This document shows positions 27,375 to 40,786 of a stretch of 64,000 bases of DNA, in pieces. The first letter of the stretch is position 1. The number at the start of each line of letters is the position of its first letter. The notes under the pieces were generated by a model that did no database searches, was not told the origin of the DNA, and saw nothing but the letters and a program-made list of their open reading frames with translations. Source of the stretch: Octopus sinensis (taxonomy: Eukaryota); NCBI RefSeq assembly GCF_006345805.1, contig NW_021830450.1:1-64000 (forward strand), written 5' to 3'. A program made the translations under genes and the position numbers.

Positions 27375-27545
27375 ATGAGAGGAGACAAGTCGATAACATC
27401 AACCCCAGTAATTAACTGGTATTTTATCGATCACGGGGAGTCGAAAGTCAAAAGTGACCTTGTTGAAATTTGAACTTACAACATAAAAAGTCGGCAGAGA
27501 TGCCGTTAAGTATTTTGTCCGGAGTACTAACGACACCGGCAGCCC
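27375..27545 (-). mobile_element. SINE-like family B, decayed
   Basis: aagtcgataacatcaaccccagt...ttttatcga...aaatttgaact...attttgtccgg. Confidence 0.65.
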
Positions 27546-28150
27546 ACCACGTTATATTGCATAATGTAGTTTGATGTCTGAAAGAACAGATGGAAAGTTC
27601 ACGGATGGAACAACTTGGCTCATAATTCTGCTTCATCAGAGTTGATCTTGACCAAGGAAATAAAATATGTAAAGAAAAATTTCTCGTTGTTGTTGTTGAG
27701 GTATGCTCCCTTCGTGTAAGACAAAAATACTTTGAGCCATGGTCCCTGTGTGGTGTGATCACGACACACACGTCTATAGAAAGATGCCTTCCTCTTTCTA
27801 AGATGGTATGTTTGGTGTCTATCAACTAGCCATGGAAGTTTGCTCATTACTGTGTAGAGTCTAGCGAAACCAGATACAATATCTACACTCGCGTCGTTCT
27901 GCGGATACCGTAAATAGGAAGGGAGGCGACAATCTCCTCACAGCATAATGTAACTGAAATAAACACCAAATTAAATAAAGAAAAACGAGATCACGAGAAT
28001 ATACAGTTCGACGACACTCCAAAAGTATATGATATTTAGCGACACCAAATAGAATATCGACACAATAAAATATGGTGTAAATAACCATTGGAAATAAAAT
28101 GGATCAACAAATGGATCAATCAAGAGAATAATAATCTCGATAATATTCAA

Positions 28151-28192
28151 CAAAGAGCGCTTTCGTCCATTCTAGTGGTATCTTCAAATTGA
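28151..28192 (-). ncRNA. Minimal hammerhead-like motif, palindromic stem III AGCGCT
   Basis: Minus strand: caat-TTGAAGA-TACCActagaaTGGAC-GAAA-GCGC-TC-tttg; same family as 58074 and 58478. Confidence 0.55.
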
Positions 28193-29169
28193 TCTAAGTT
28201 TTTGCAGGAATTTTGACTCTTTTTATAGTATTATTGAGTGTGTAGTGGTGGGGAGAGATATAATAGTACAAGAGGGTGATGAATGGGGAGAAGTGAGAGA
28301 GAGCATGTGTGTGTGCGCGCGTGCGTGTGTGTGCGTGTGTATGTATGTGTATGTGTGTTTTTTTTTTCACGCTCTCAGATACACACGGCACTGTTGGGCC
28401 CGGAGCTAGATAGGCCTAGAGTGGCAGACATTTGCTCAAATTGACGCACAATGAAACTAAACCTAAAAATTGTTGGCTGCGAAACGAATTTCTTAACCGC
28501 AAGTATGTAAACACGTTTCTTCTATGCTTTGGATGTGAGGCGGAAAAAGAGGTGGGGGATACATCTTACGGGACACATAGGAGTTTGTTGATCGCTCATA
28601 CAGAGGAGACGAACCCGATTTCCTTCCTCAGTTGATAGCGATATAATATCGTTTGGCTTCTATAAAAAGTAGCAAGAAACTTGATTTCTAAATTTGCATA
28701 ACTTAACTTCTTCTATTCTGTGCTGTAAGTACCTTTTTCCGTTGCATGTTTCATATTTGCTTAGTCATTCCCCTTAAGCTTTCTGTTTCTTATAGCATTC
28801 CATCTGTCTTGTCCTCTCTGTAATATACACGTCTCATATCTCTCTAAGAGCAAGCCATCAAGCTTTCACCACTCCACCACAAGCTATATTCGTTACATTA
28901 TATATATGTGTGTATGTGTGCGTGTGTGTGTGTGTGTGTGTGTATAAATAGACAGCTAAAACAACAGAAGAGCTACTAATAGTTTTATACATTTATGATA
29001 CCTTAAATTGGCAGATTTATATAAAATGTGCGTATCATCTAGCAATATTTGAGGCTCAGCTCCTACGTTAGATGAACTATGAGAAAAAATGAGAAAAACA
29101 AGAAAGATTCATGTAAAAAGACTGCTCGGAGATACATGGCATTTGATATAAATCCTGCATACACCTGAT

Positions 29170-30160
29170 TGTTAGCATTAGTAATAAGATATGCAACCTG
29201 TCTATCTTCTAAAGAAAGGTTTGATAAGGCAACCCCCTGCCATAACAATGACTTGTCTAAGAGTGGCTTTAAAAATAAGTTATATTACAACCCTTCTAGT
29301 AACAAGACGGATAATAAAAACAGACCTAATAATAGACCTAGGAAAATAACTTGGTTCATCCCGCTTTTCATTAAATGTTAAAATTAGCGTAAGTAAAAGA
29401 TTTTACTGTCCCTCTTCGATAAGCATTTTTCAGAAAATCACGAATACAGAAAGATCTTTAATAGAGGCTCAGTTAAATGATCATATAGCTGTTGCCCCAA
29501 CATAAAGAACAACACTACCCGTAAAAGCCACCAAGACTATACACACATGTGTAACTGTCGGGACACTGGAACCTGTACACTCGACCAGGGGTGCATGATA
29601 AACTCCTTGATATATGAGGTAGACGTTGACACTATACTAACTACGTATCTTCTTTCCAGCACATGGATAAAAGTAAAGTACTAAGTTAACTAAACTAATC
29701 TAATTTCATGCCTCATAGATTTTCAAGTGGAAAATCGTTGTAAAATTCAACCGTTTTAGATCTAAGAATTCCATCGCACTGCCGAATTCCAGATCAGAAA
29801 TCTTCAGGAAATACAAACAGATAGACAGGTTTCTTTTAGAAAATTGGAGAATACCACCCTGTCCGGATTGAGCAGATGTGTCACAGACTTTACACCCTTT
29901 CCGTTGATTCTATACAACTTAGCCTTATGACTCTACCGTCAATGAAAACTGAATCTTATTTTTCCCTTTCTTTCTTTGCTTGTTTTCACCCTTGCATTTT
30001 TGAACACAGCTTCCTCTCAGATTTTCTCATGATTTCACCTGTTCTATTATCCCAATTTGTAATCTATATTGGCCTTGTTTGCAGAGCCTGAAGATTAACT
30101 GGAGACACTAGGCGTGTTTTAAAACCTGCCTAGATACATGAAACTATTATTCGCACATGA
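29170..30160 (+). pseudogene. Penelope-like element 3' remnant (RT thumb, Cys linker, GIY-YIG start, pLTR-like tail)
   Basis: LSSKERFDKATPCHNNDLSKSGF..RKITWFIPLF, LFDKHFSENHEYRKIFNRGSVK*SYSCCPNIK, CNCRDTGTCTLDQGCMINSLIYEV; degenerate CTGAAGA...GAAAC at 30088-30144, then (TA)n. Confidence 0.85.
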
Positions 30161-30179
30161 CAGTATACTATGTACATTA

Positions 30180-30229
<50 letters not shown>

Positions 30230-30277
30230 GTATGTTTGTATGTATGTATGTATGTGTATATATGTATGTGTATATAT

Positions 30278-30351
<74 letters not shown>

Positions 30352-30789
30352 CACACATATATATATATACAAATGCATTTTTTATTTAATTAAACGCCAT
30401 CGTGTAACAGAAACTGTGACTTTGGTTTAACTTGTTTCCGTCTCCCAGGAATATTAAAAAATATATTAACAGCGGGAGGTAACATCCATATAAATCAGAC
30501 AAACACCTTCCTCAAATATCGTAAGTAAAATGGCCCAACAAAGGAACATCCTTCCATTTCCGCAAACGTGATGTTCCGGGAGTTTTCCAATTACCCGCCA
30601 CTTCACAGGGGGACTCTGTATACCGTATATTAATATTTGTTATAGCGTAAATTAATATTTATCTTCATAATATTTAGAAGATATTTGGTAAGCACCAGGG
30701 ACTAGATTTATATTACATACATATATATGGTGTGTGTGTGTGTGTGTGTGTATATATACATGTATTTGTGTGTATATATGTAATTATAC

Positions 30790-30847
<58 letters not shown>

Positions 30848-31062
30848 TACATATATATATACATGTACACTCATATGTGGGTGCATACATATTTAAATAA
30901 TATATGTATATGATTATTCAGCTATATATGTTTTGGGATATAGATGTCTTCTGTATTAGATATGTAAGCATGCACATCCAAAAACATACATGCATGCACA
31001 TACATGCATATATATATATATGTATGTATATATATATATATATATATGTGTATATATATATA

Positions 31063-31133
<71 letters not shown>

Positions 31134-31164
31134 CATATATATATATCCATATATATATGTACGT

Positions 31165-31243
<79 letters not shown>

Positions 31244-31692
31244 AATGTGTCTGTGTGTTTATGCGTATATACATTATATACAACATAAGCTAATTACTAC
31301 AACGGAAAATACCGGATTCCATTCTTTTTTCCATATACGTAGAATTTAGTTATTTTACCGTGAAAATTCCCAACATTTCTTCCAGATGGAATTGGTAACA
31401 GAAAAGTAGTTGTTATTCGGATGATTGCCGATTAAATAGAAAATATAAATAAATAAATAAAATCTTTGTGAGGGAAACCTTCCAAAGAGACTTTCAGGAA
31501 ACGGCTGATCATACGTCTTCCATACTGGGAGTTAAACCATTCTTTGTTACCTCTGAAACTAGAAAATATGATTTGAAAATACGATAGGTCAGCTTGAATG
31601 AGATTTAGCTTGAATGAAAATATATTTATTGAAGCTTATAAGGAAAATTATGTGTGTGTATTGGAATATGTATGTAAGATGGGTGTGTGTGT

Positions 31693-31761
<69 letters not shown>

Positions 31762-31786
31762 CCTCTCTCTCTATCTCTCTCTCTCT

Positions 31787-31826
<40 letters not shown>

Positions 31827-32883
31827 CTTGTGTGTGCGCGCGCGTGTGTCTTTGTGTGGTGTGTGCGTACTTGAACTTTGTAAGATAGATAGAAACATAC
31901 GTAGATAGATTTGGTAGATTCATAGAACCACGAGAGAGTTATGTGTGAAAATATGTTCACACACACACTCTCTCTCTCTCTCCTCTCTCTCTCTATCTCT
32001 CTCACACATACGCGCCCGCATGCGCATACAGACATCTACATTCTCAACAGAAAACGTAACAATTTAAAGGAGGCCCAAGTTTATTGTTTCATTTCAATGA
32101 GACTTTACTTATCCGCTTCCGAATACTTCCAATTACTATTGTTGCATGCACCATTTCAAACATTATTCTAGTTTGGATCTCGTTCTGCAACTCGTTTTCA
32201 GTAATGGTTTGTAAGTCTCGATTCGAATTTTCTTTCATCTCTTATATGGTCAGAAGCGAATGACCATTCAATGAAGATTTAACTTTGGTAAGAATAAGAA
32301 AAAAAGTCAGTTTCTATAAATTAAATACTTCATGTAACCAAGCTAGTTTGTCCAACAATTTTCGTCTCTGAAGTGAAAGAAATATCTGATAACAAAATGT
32401 TTCTTTATTGCCCACACGGGGCCAGCATAGAGGGGACAATACAACCAGATTTGGGGTCAGACACACAAAATGACATATAAAAATTTACAACGAAATCGAA
32501 TGGAAATCCAGTGGGTCATTTTTTAGAATTGACTCAGGCGACAGCTGGACTAACAACCTTTATGAATGCTGGTACAGCTATGTAGAAAAGAGATTATTTT
32601 CCCAATAAGGTACTCTTGATATCCGCATCATTGTATAAAATCCATATTGATACAAATCAATCCAGTTGCTCATAACAATGATACGCGTGTCTTGTCGGGC
32701 CGCCTCTGCAGTTGTCTGCTCGTACACATTACCAGCATATCGTCACCTAGTATCACGGCCTGGAGCTTGGATAGATTTAGAAGAATCCAAGAATTAGGAT
32801 CGGATCTTTGACACAAAGATTACGGAATATTTTGGTGTGCTGGTTCTTACACTGAAGTCAATGAGCTATATTTCTCCTCTCTG

Positions 32884-33100
32884 AAGGCGGCGAGCTGGCA
32901 GAATCGTTAGCACGCCGGACGAAATACTTAGTGGTATTTCGTATGCCGCTACGTTCTGAGTTCGAATACCGCCGAGGTCGAATTCCCCTTTCATCCTTTC
33001 GGTGTCAATAAATTAAGTACCAGTTACGCACTGGGATCGATTAAATCGACTTAACCCTCCACACAAATTTCAGGCCTTGTGCCTAGAGTAGAAAGGATTA
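32884..33100 (+). mobile_element. SINE-like family B, full-length-looking copy
   Basis: ggcggcgagctggcagaatcgttagcacgccgg...gagttcgaatacc...ccttgtgcctagagtagaaaggatta. Confidence 0.85.
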
Positions 33101-33334
33101 TATTTCTCTCCACCCTCTATCTCTCTCTCTTGCTTTATTTCGAAGATTCTACAGATGCCGTCTTTCCTACAACGACAAAGCCACAAAACAAAACAAAATC
33201 TTCTTTTAAACAACACCTGACTCTGGCAAAGTTACACCACACTGCATTCCTTTTCTAAATTCCCCTTCTTTGCTCATTTTCTTCCGTCTTTCTCCATTTC
33301 TTTCTGTCTATACACATGTCTCTTCTTTTAGCCT

Positions 33335-33528
33335 TTGCTTGTTTCTGACATTAGACCGCGGTCATGCAGGGGCACCGCGTTGAAGAGATTTTCGTCGAAT
33401 GAATCGAAGCCAGTACTTATATATATATTTTAAAGCCCTGGTACTTATTCTATCGGGGACCTTTTGCCGAACCGCTATCGAAAACCCACCAACACCAGTT
33501 TTCAAGCGGTGGGGAGGGGACACACGCA

Positions 33529-33570
<42 letters not shown>
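33335..33570 (-). mobile_element. SINE family A, 3' part
   Basis: gaccgcggtcatgcaggggcaccgc...cctggtacttattctatcgg...ttttgccgaaccgcta. Confidence 0.7.
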
Positions 33571-33572
<2 letters not shown>

Positions 33573-33859
33573 ATTGTGCGTAGAGAGATATACTAGAAAT
33601 AATGTATGTATGTATGTATGTATGTATGTATGTATGCATGTGAGTATGCATTTATGTATGTATACGTGGGAAGTTTGGCTGGCGATTGTTGGTGCTGCTA
33701 CCTGCGGTTGCTTTCAGTGTAAGAGACAGAGAGAAGGAGAATTTGTTAAGAAATAGACGGGTGGGAGAAATTTCCCTTAAGCAGAGAGAACCGCTCAGGG
33801 TTTATAATCTTTTATTTTTTGTTTTCTTGTTGTTGTTGTTGTTGTTGTTGTTGTTATAG

Positions 33860-34195
33860 ACGTCGCACAGTATACAATATTGTGAAGTTGTTGATTGAGG
33901 ATATTGTGTCTACCGGGGTTTGTACTGTTGTCAAGTCACAACAAGAACCTCAGACCGTAAGTACTTTACGCAATACGCGAGCAGTTTTAAGTAACGCCGA
34001 CTTTTGCAATACAGTAAGGTAATTCTAAAGTTTTCAGATGTTTTTTTTTTCAGACGGAGTGGTGTGGAACCCAATGCTCCGATGACAATAGGGATAACGT
34101 ATATATTTGATTCTCCTAGTTGCAATATCTTAGCGATCTCAATTCTCACGTCTCCATGTTTATCAATCTTTTCGCTTTCTTTCATGATGACAGTT
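33860..34195 (-). pseudogene. R4/Dong-type REL endonuclease fragment
   Basis: KESEKIDKHGDVRIEIAKI..YVIPIVIGALG; flanked by (TTG)n and (TTA)n on the plus strand. Confidence 0.8.
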
Positions 34196-34197
34196 GA

Positions 34198-34252
<55 letters not shown>

Positions 34253-34264
34253 GTTGTTGTTGTC

Positions 34265-35115
34265 TTTGCACAGCTTCTACGTGCCAGCTGTTTACTATCA
34301 GTGAACTAACGTAACACCCCTTATTTTTCGAGCACCTTCCAGAGTATTCGAGTGTTCCAAGCAGTGCTGTCTTCTGCAAGTGCTCCACCCTTAAAGCAGC
34401 CCCTATTTATTCCATGTACTTCTCAATATTTTTACTCACTATTCCCAGAGCTCCGGCAATTATTGGTACTACTACACCTTTTTCAGCGACCACAACTGCT
34501 TAACCTCCCTAGCTAACCTCTCATATCTATCTTCCTTTCTTCCTTATCGCATACTTTGTGGTCAGCTGGGCATGCTATATCTATGATCCAGCATAGTTTA
34601 TTTTCTTTCTCAATTAAGACTATGTCTGGTTTTCTATTCTCTGTCTCATGGTCGGACTAAATCATAAAATCCCATAGGATCTTTGCATTATCATTTTCGA
34701 AGATGCCCTCGGGTTCGTACCAAACTTTTCTCTGCCAAGTCCATACTTGTTGCAAAGTGTCCAATGGACAAGCCTGGCAATATTGTCATGACGTCTCTGA
34801 TATTCCTTCTGGGCTAGTGGCGTACATTGGCTGGTAATATGTCATACGGTTCCACCGTTTTGTCCACTGATTCTGCACTTATCACCTTCTGCTGTGTTGT
34901 CTATTCTGTATTTTACGTAGTTTGTTCTTAGTGCTTGCTCTTGGGCAGCACAGATTAGAGCCTCCGTTTCCTGTTTTAAATCACTTTTAGTCATCCATAG
35001 CCATTTTTTTTTCTCTGTCTGCCTGTCTTATCTTCAACATCCCTATGAAATTGTCCATGCATTCTTTTCTTTAGCCACCTATTTTCAGTTTTATTCGTTT
35101 TCAAGTGCTTGTAAA
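34265..35115 (-). pseudogene. R4/Dong-type 3' fragment
   Basis: MHGQFHRD, SDLKQETEALICAAQEQALRTNY, RRHDNIARLVHW, KILWDF, NRKPDIVL..IIDIACP, LQKTALLGT. Confidence 0.9.
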
Positions 35116-35432
35116 ATTTTTACAGAAAGTTGTAGATATTAAAGTTTTAAAATTTACTAAAGATGATCTTTTGCATGTCTGAACAGAGAAAACTGCAGTT
35201 TTCTTAGATGTTCTTAGGATGTTTACATATTCGAATACTCAGGGAGTATTATTATTATTATTATTATTATTATATTATATTATATTATTATTATTATATT
35301 ATTATTATTATCATTATCATCATCATTATTATTATTATATTATTATTATTTTATTATTATTATTATTATTATTTTATTATTATTACTACTACTATTATTA
35401 TTATTATTATTATTGTTGTTATTATTATTATG

Positions 35433-35472
<40 letters not shown>

Positions 35473-35488
35473 TATTATTATTATTATT

Positions 35489-35654
35489 GAGTGAGAGAGC
35501 AGTTCATGCCATCAAAGTGACACTGGGGTAGAATATACGAAGCCCAGTATACCCATCATGACTACCCGTCTGATAAAGGTACACCAGGCACATGCATCAC
35601 AGCCATATGTGCGCGACATGGTGATCTCATATCAAGATAAACAGCACATGACCT
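35489..35654 (-). mobile_element. Element D, short 3' copy
   Basis: Reverse complement of the last ~165 bp of 54178-54734, inside (TTA)n. Confidence 0.85.
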
Positions 35655-35705
35655 ATTATTATTATTATTATTATTTTATTATTATATTATTATTATTACT
35701 ACTAC

Positions 35706-35736
<31 letters not shown>

Positions 35737-35746
35737 GTTATTATTA

Positions 35747-35783
<37 letters not shown>

Positions 35784-36011
35784 TAATCTTTACTCGTTTC
35801 CCTGATTCAGTTTATGGCTATGCTGGGGCAACGCCTTCATGAATTTTAGTCGAACTAATCGACCAAATCCACTCACAAGGCTTTAGTCGGTTCGAGGCTA
35901 TAATGAAAGAGAACTCGGAGCCATATGGCTGGGAACAAACATCTTATCACATAGCCACGCCTGCGCCTATATACATCATACATACATACATACACATATA
36001 TATATACATAT

Positions 36012-36044
<33 letters not shown>

Positions 36045-36045
36045 T

Positions 36046-36084
<39 letters not shown>

Positions 36085-36085
36085 G

Positions 36086-36136
<51 letters not shown>

Positions 36137-37596
36137 TCACACGTACACGCACAGATGCGTATGTATACGATTAGAACTGAAAGACTCATAAATATATACA
36201 GAACTACATATATGTATACATTCACATACACATATACATATACGAGCATACACAAAAGTATATGGAGAAAGAGAGATAAAAAGTTTAAAAAATCAAGGTC
36301 AACAGAGATTTGCTAAATTAATTTTTAACCTTGATCGAATATGTTTGAACGCATATACCCATACACACCTATGTCATATGTATACATACGTATATAGAGG
36401 TTTGTGTGTGTGTGTTGTATGTATGTATATATGCGTGTATATGCATGCACATATATGAATATGTGGATGCTATAAGTATATATACATGTGGTTCTCTATA
36501 TATAAATACATATGCATATAAGCTGATAAGCGTAGGTATACACTTATATATACATACATACACACAGATATATGTAGATATTTATATATATATATGTATA
36601 TATGTATATATGCGTGTATATATATGTATATATATGCATGTATATGTCTATATATAAAGGCATTCATTTTTATATTTATGTATACATTTACATATATATA
36701 AACGCACAATAATGCACATACACATACAAACACACACTGAAATATACAGGGACTGACAAACACATACATATACACACCCACACACATAATACACAAGTAC
36801 ATACGCAAGCAGTCACGTATTTTCGTAACAATAATAATTAATGACTAAAAAAAATATTTACACTAGAATTATAACAGTTTTCCTCTGATTAAAAAACGAC
36901 AGCAGTATTGAAATGAATTAAATGAAGAGCAGACGTGAGAAGCATTCCGAAGATTTGTGATTAAAAAATATATTTCGCTTCACCTTATCATTCATACTAT
37001 GTATTCACCTATGAACCGATTGAGGTTTACTCACCTCACCCCACCCTAATTCTTTAATTCTTCCTCTGGCTTGACACTCCCCACCCTCGTTCATAATATT
37101 CTTTAATTGACTTTGCTTTCGAATTTTTTTTTTTTGGCGGAGGGGTGTGCATTTATTTGTTAGGGGGAAGAAGGGTGTAGTGTGTTTGGAAGAACTCTTT
37201 AAATTTGATTTTTTTTATTTTGTTCTACAATAGACTCTCTTGAAGAATAAGAAAGAAACGATACAAATGCATAGAAAAGTAAAGAATTAATAAAATATGT
37301 AAAAATGAAAATATATATAAAAAAATCTAATATGGTTGAAATGAATAAGGAATAAACACGCAAATTCGAGCATAAAAGAGGTAGAGAAATAAGCGGGAAA
37401 AGTAAGGAGGGGGCTCTGTGCACGTGCGTGTGTGTGTGTGTTTGTGTGTGAGTGTGCGTAAGAAAGAAAAAGATACAAAATTGAAAATAACACATTGAAA
37501 CCGGGAACAAATATCTGTGAAGTGGAACAACTTAATTATTGGAATTAAAATCAATTTCATTAGGAACGATTTGCAAATGAATGTGTGTGTTGTGTG

Positions 37597-37649
<53 letters not shown>

Positions 37650-38718
37650 AATATATATATATGTGTGTGTATATATGCATTTAGGGAAAGATAGATAGAT
37701 ATGTATATGGTATGACTTATACGTGTGTATATATATATATATATAAATATATATATTGTTGGCGTCATGGGAGTTTCGTAAACTTTCGAGTGAGGGAGAG
37801 AACGTGAAGTAATTCTGTTTTTGCTAACAGTGTCCGAAGCTCGAAGTACATGTAAGAGTTTAAATAACACCATGAAAATATTCGGTTCGTGTCCTTCAAC
37901 TTTCTCTATCCTAGATGGTTTTTCAATATTTACGTACTATCATTTATTGTTTTAGACAAAAAACAGAAAAAAATCTCTCTCTCTCGCACACACATACACA
38001 CACACACGTGCACACTTACTTAAAGAATACCTAATGTTGCCTGGGTTATAATGGTCGCAGCTGGTTGCCAGTTTGTCCTCGTATTCCATATTCCATATAT
38101 GTAATCTGTAACATTTACGGACGTTTCTGTTTCATGTCTTCTCTAAACTGATGCTCTAATTCCAATAATCAATAAAAAAAGAAAATAATATCATTTCAGT
38201 CGGAACAATTCAGAGAAAATGTTTTTAAAATAGAAACAAAGAATACGACATATCTACTTGAAGCATCTCCCTCCGCCCCTCTTTAGTTGGAATCTATTTC
38301 AAATATTTCATTGTTGATATTTCTGTATTTTAAACGTTGGAGATTACGACTGTGGGTAGAAGGATCACAAAATACATTATTCAGCAAACATTTATTATGC
38401 TTATGTAAACTAAACCTAATCCGTATTCTAGACCCTAATTTTACCCCTAAAACATTTAAAGTTTCATTTTAACCATAAACCGCCCGAATGTGTAATACAT
38501 TTAATATTTTTTTTAAAAAAAAGAATGTTTTGAAAAACATTAAAAAAAATAGAAAAGTTTATAAAGATTGTAGGCTTCCAAATGGAGTGTGTGGAATGTT
38601 TGAAATCAAAATATCAAATTTTAAAATAAATATTTTGTTTTCGAACCTAAAGAAAATTTCTCCTCCGAATAAAATGTAGTTAGGCGGATGAGATTCATAT
38701 TGCACAATTCTGTCAATA

Positions 38719-38766
<48 letters not shown>

Positions 38767-38851
38767 TGTGGGTGTTTGTGTGTGTGTGTGTGCATGTATA
38801 TATATATATATATATATAATTTATTTGAAAGCAGCAGAAATATAACAAAAG

Positions 38852-38889
38852 CTGTTACTTAGAGTTTCACGTTCCCATTCGTCTGACAG
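38852..38889 (-). ncRNA. Minimal hammerhead-like motif (core CAGACGA)
   Basis: Minus strand: ctgt-CAGACGA-ATGggaaCGT-GAAAC-tctaa-GTA-acag; paralog of 63799. Confidence 0.55.
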
Positions 38890-38944
38890 TTTTGTTAAAA
38901 TAGAACAGAAATAACAATTTGATCATTTAACTATTTTTGATCAA

Positions 38945-39210
38945 ATTCTCATTTCTATTCTTCGTTCCGAAGAATAGAGTCTCAACTCTTTCAGTCTCTC
39001 CCTTTGGCAGATATGTCGCATTGAAACGATCATCTTTGTGTAGCTTCGCTGGATCGCCTTGAGTTTCGCCGCTACTTTGCACTGTTTGGTGACCACACTT
39101 GGGGGCAGTAATCCAGATGGCTGAGGATGAAAGTCTTCCAACGGACCATCATGGTTTCCTTTTCTCTCGTTTTGAAAGTCCGAAGGATCCATCCGCACAA
39201 GCGTCTGCAT
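38945..39210 (-). pseudogene. CR1/L2-group LINE ORF2 C-terminal remnant
   Basis: WILRTFKTREKETMMVRWKTFILSHLDYC and LKAIQRSYTKMIVSM..ERLKELRLYSSERR. Confidence 0.75.
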
Positions 39211-39922
39211 TTTTTTTTACCAACTTAGGAATATGAACCAGGAATGGGTAATTGATATGTTGCTCTCCCACGGGAATATCATTCAACCGGTCGTTCGCCA
39301 TATTTTCAACCGATCAATCAAATGATTGTGTAAACTGAAACATGAGGCACTCAAAATATAAATCAGAAACAGCTGTGAGCCTTTAATGCACAAATAAATG
39401 TATAAAGCCCGTTATTTATGACTATATATATATGTGTGTGTGTGTGTATGTGTTTGTGTGTGTGTTTGTGTGTATAGTTGAATACATAAATACAGGAATA
39501 CTAGCAATAAAGTATGTAAACAAATGCGTGTTTGTGCGCCTAGTGAAGAATGGTGAGGGCCACTTAAACCTCACGCTTCGTGTGGAGTGTTTGAATAAAT
39601 AAAGCAGAAATGTGAATATATTTAATGTGTAACAAGCATAAGGTTAAGACTCTTGTCTCATGTCAGTCAAAACAGACAGCATCTTGACATTCTTGGAACC
39701 CGATGTAATATCAGTATTTTCATTTAAAGCTGATGACGGTACTTTTAAAATACGAAGTAGCATGTATTTATGTATGACTGCATGTATGTATGTAAATATA
39801 TGTGTATATACATGTGTGTATGTATGTGCTTGTGTGTACACATGTGTACACATGTATGTATGTATGTATGTATGTATGTATGTATGTATGCATATATATA
39901 TACACACATATACATACATACA

Positions 39923-39959
<37 letters not shown>

Positions 39960-40194
39960 AATGGATGTCTTATAGCACTTTTCCAACATACAATAACAGC
40001 CATAGCAACAATCCAACATACCCCCCTCATCGCCAATTTCCCCTCCTATACAAGGAGCAAACTCTAATCTGTTCAGAGCAATCAACGTGACTGGAATGTT
40101 TTAAAACCCGCGCTTTTTCCTGGCAAACAAAGACAGGAACAGATTCACCCTACTAATATAAACTTTATTGAAATTCTAAATATTGACCGTCCGT

Positions 40195-40340
40195 AGGTGC
40201 AGGCATGGCAGTGTAATAAAGAAGCTCGCCTTGCGACCGCGTGGTTTTGGGTTCAGTCCTAGCATGCAGCACTATAGGCAAGTGTCTTCTACGATTGCCC
40301 CGGACTGACTGATACCTTGGGACTAAAACTATGTGGAGGC
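40195..40340 (+). mobile_element. SINE family A, 5' part
   Basis: ggtgcaggcatggcagtgtaat...gggttcagtcct...ggcaagtgtcttctac. Confidence 0.7.
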
Positions 40341-40347
40341 TCATCTA

Positions 40348-40379
<32 letters not shown>

Positions 40380-40786
40380 GCACGCACATACACATATGCA
40401 CACACGCACCTACACATACACGCACATACATACGCACATAATACACGCACACACACATATACACACGTACACACACACACACCAGCACAGATGCCCACAT
40501 ATACCTCCAACAAACAATACTCATACAGATACGCACACAAGCACACGCACGCACATTACACCTACACAACTCCAAAAACCCCCCCACACACACGCATACA
40601 CAAATTTTCGTACACATCTATACATATACATACGCACAATATATGCCTACACGCGCACACACACAAACACATACGTATACACATATAGACACACACACAC
40701 ACACAAAACATGCGCACACATACGCACGCACACACGCACACGAATACACAACCCCACGGATACACGTATATGCATCCACATACGCT

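Noticed and set aside
38020-38700. Possible Helitron/Helentron-associated remnant with ccctaa-like motifs
   Set aside because: Termini and hairpin could not be defined.
39726-39770. CTGATGA-cgGTA..TAC-GAAG motif
   Set aside because: Counted only as a weak decayed candidate; stems II and III are poor, so not listed as a feature.
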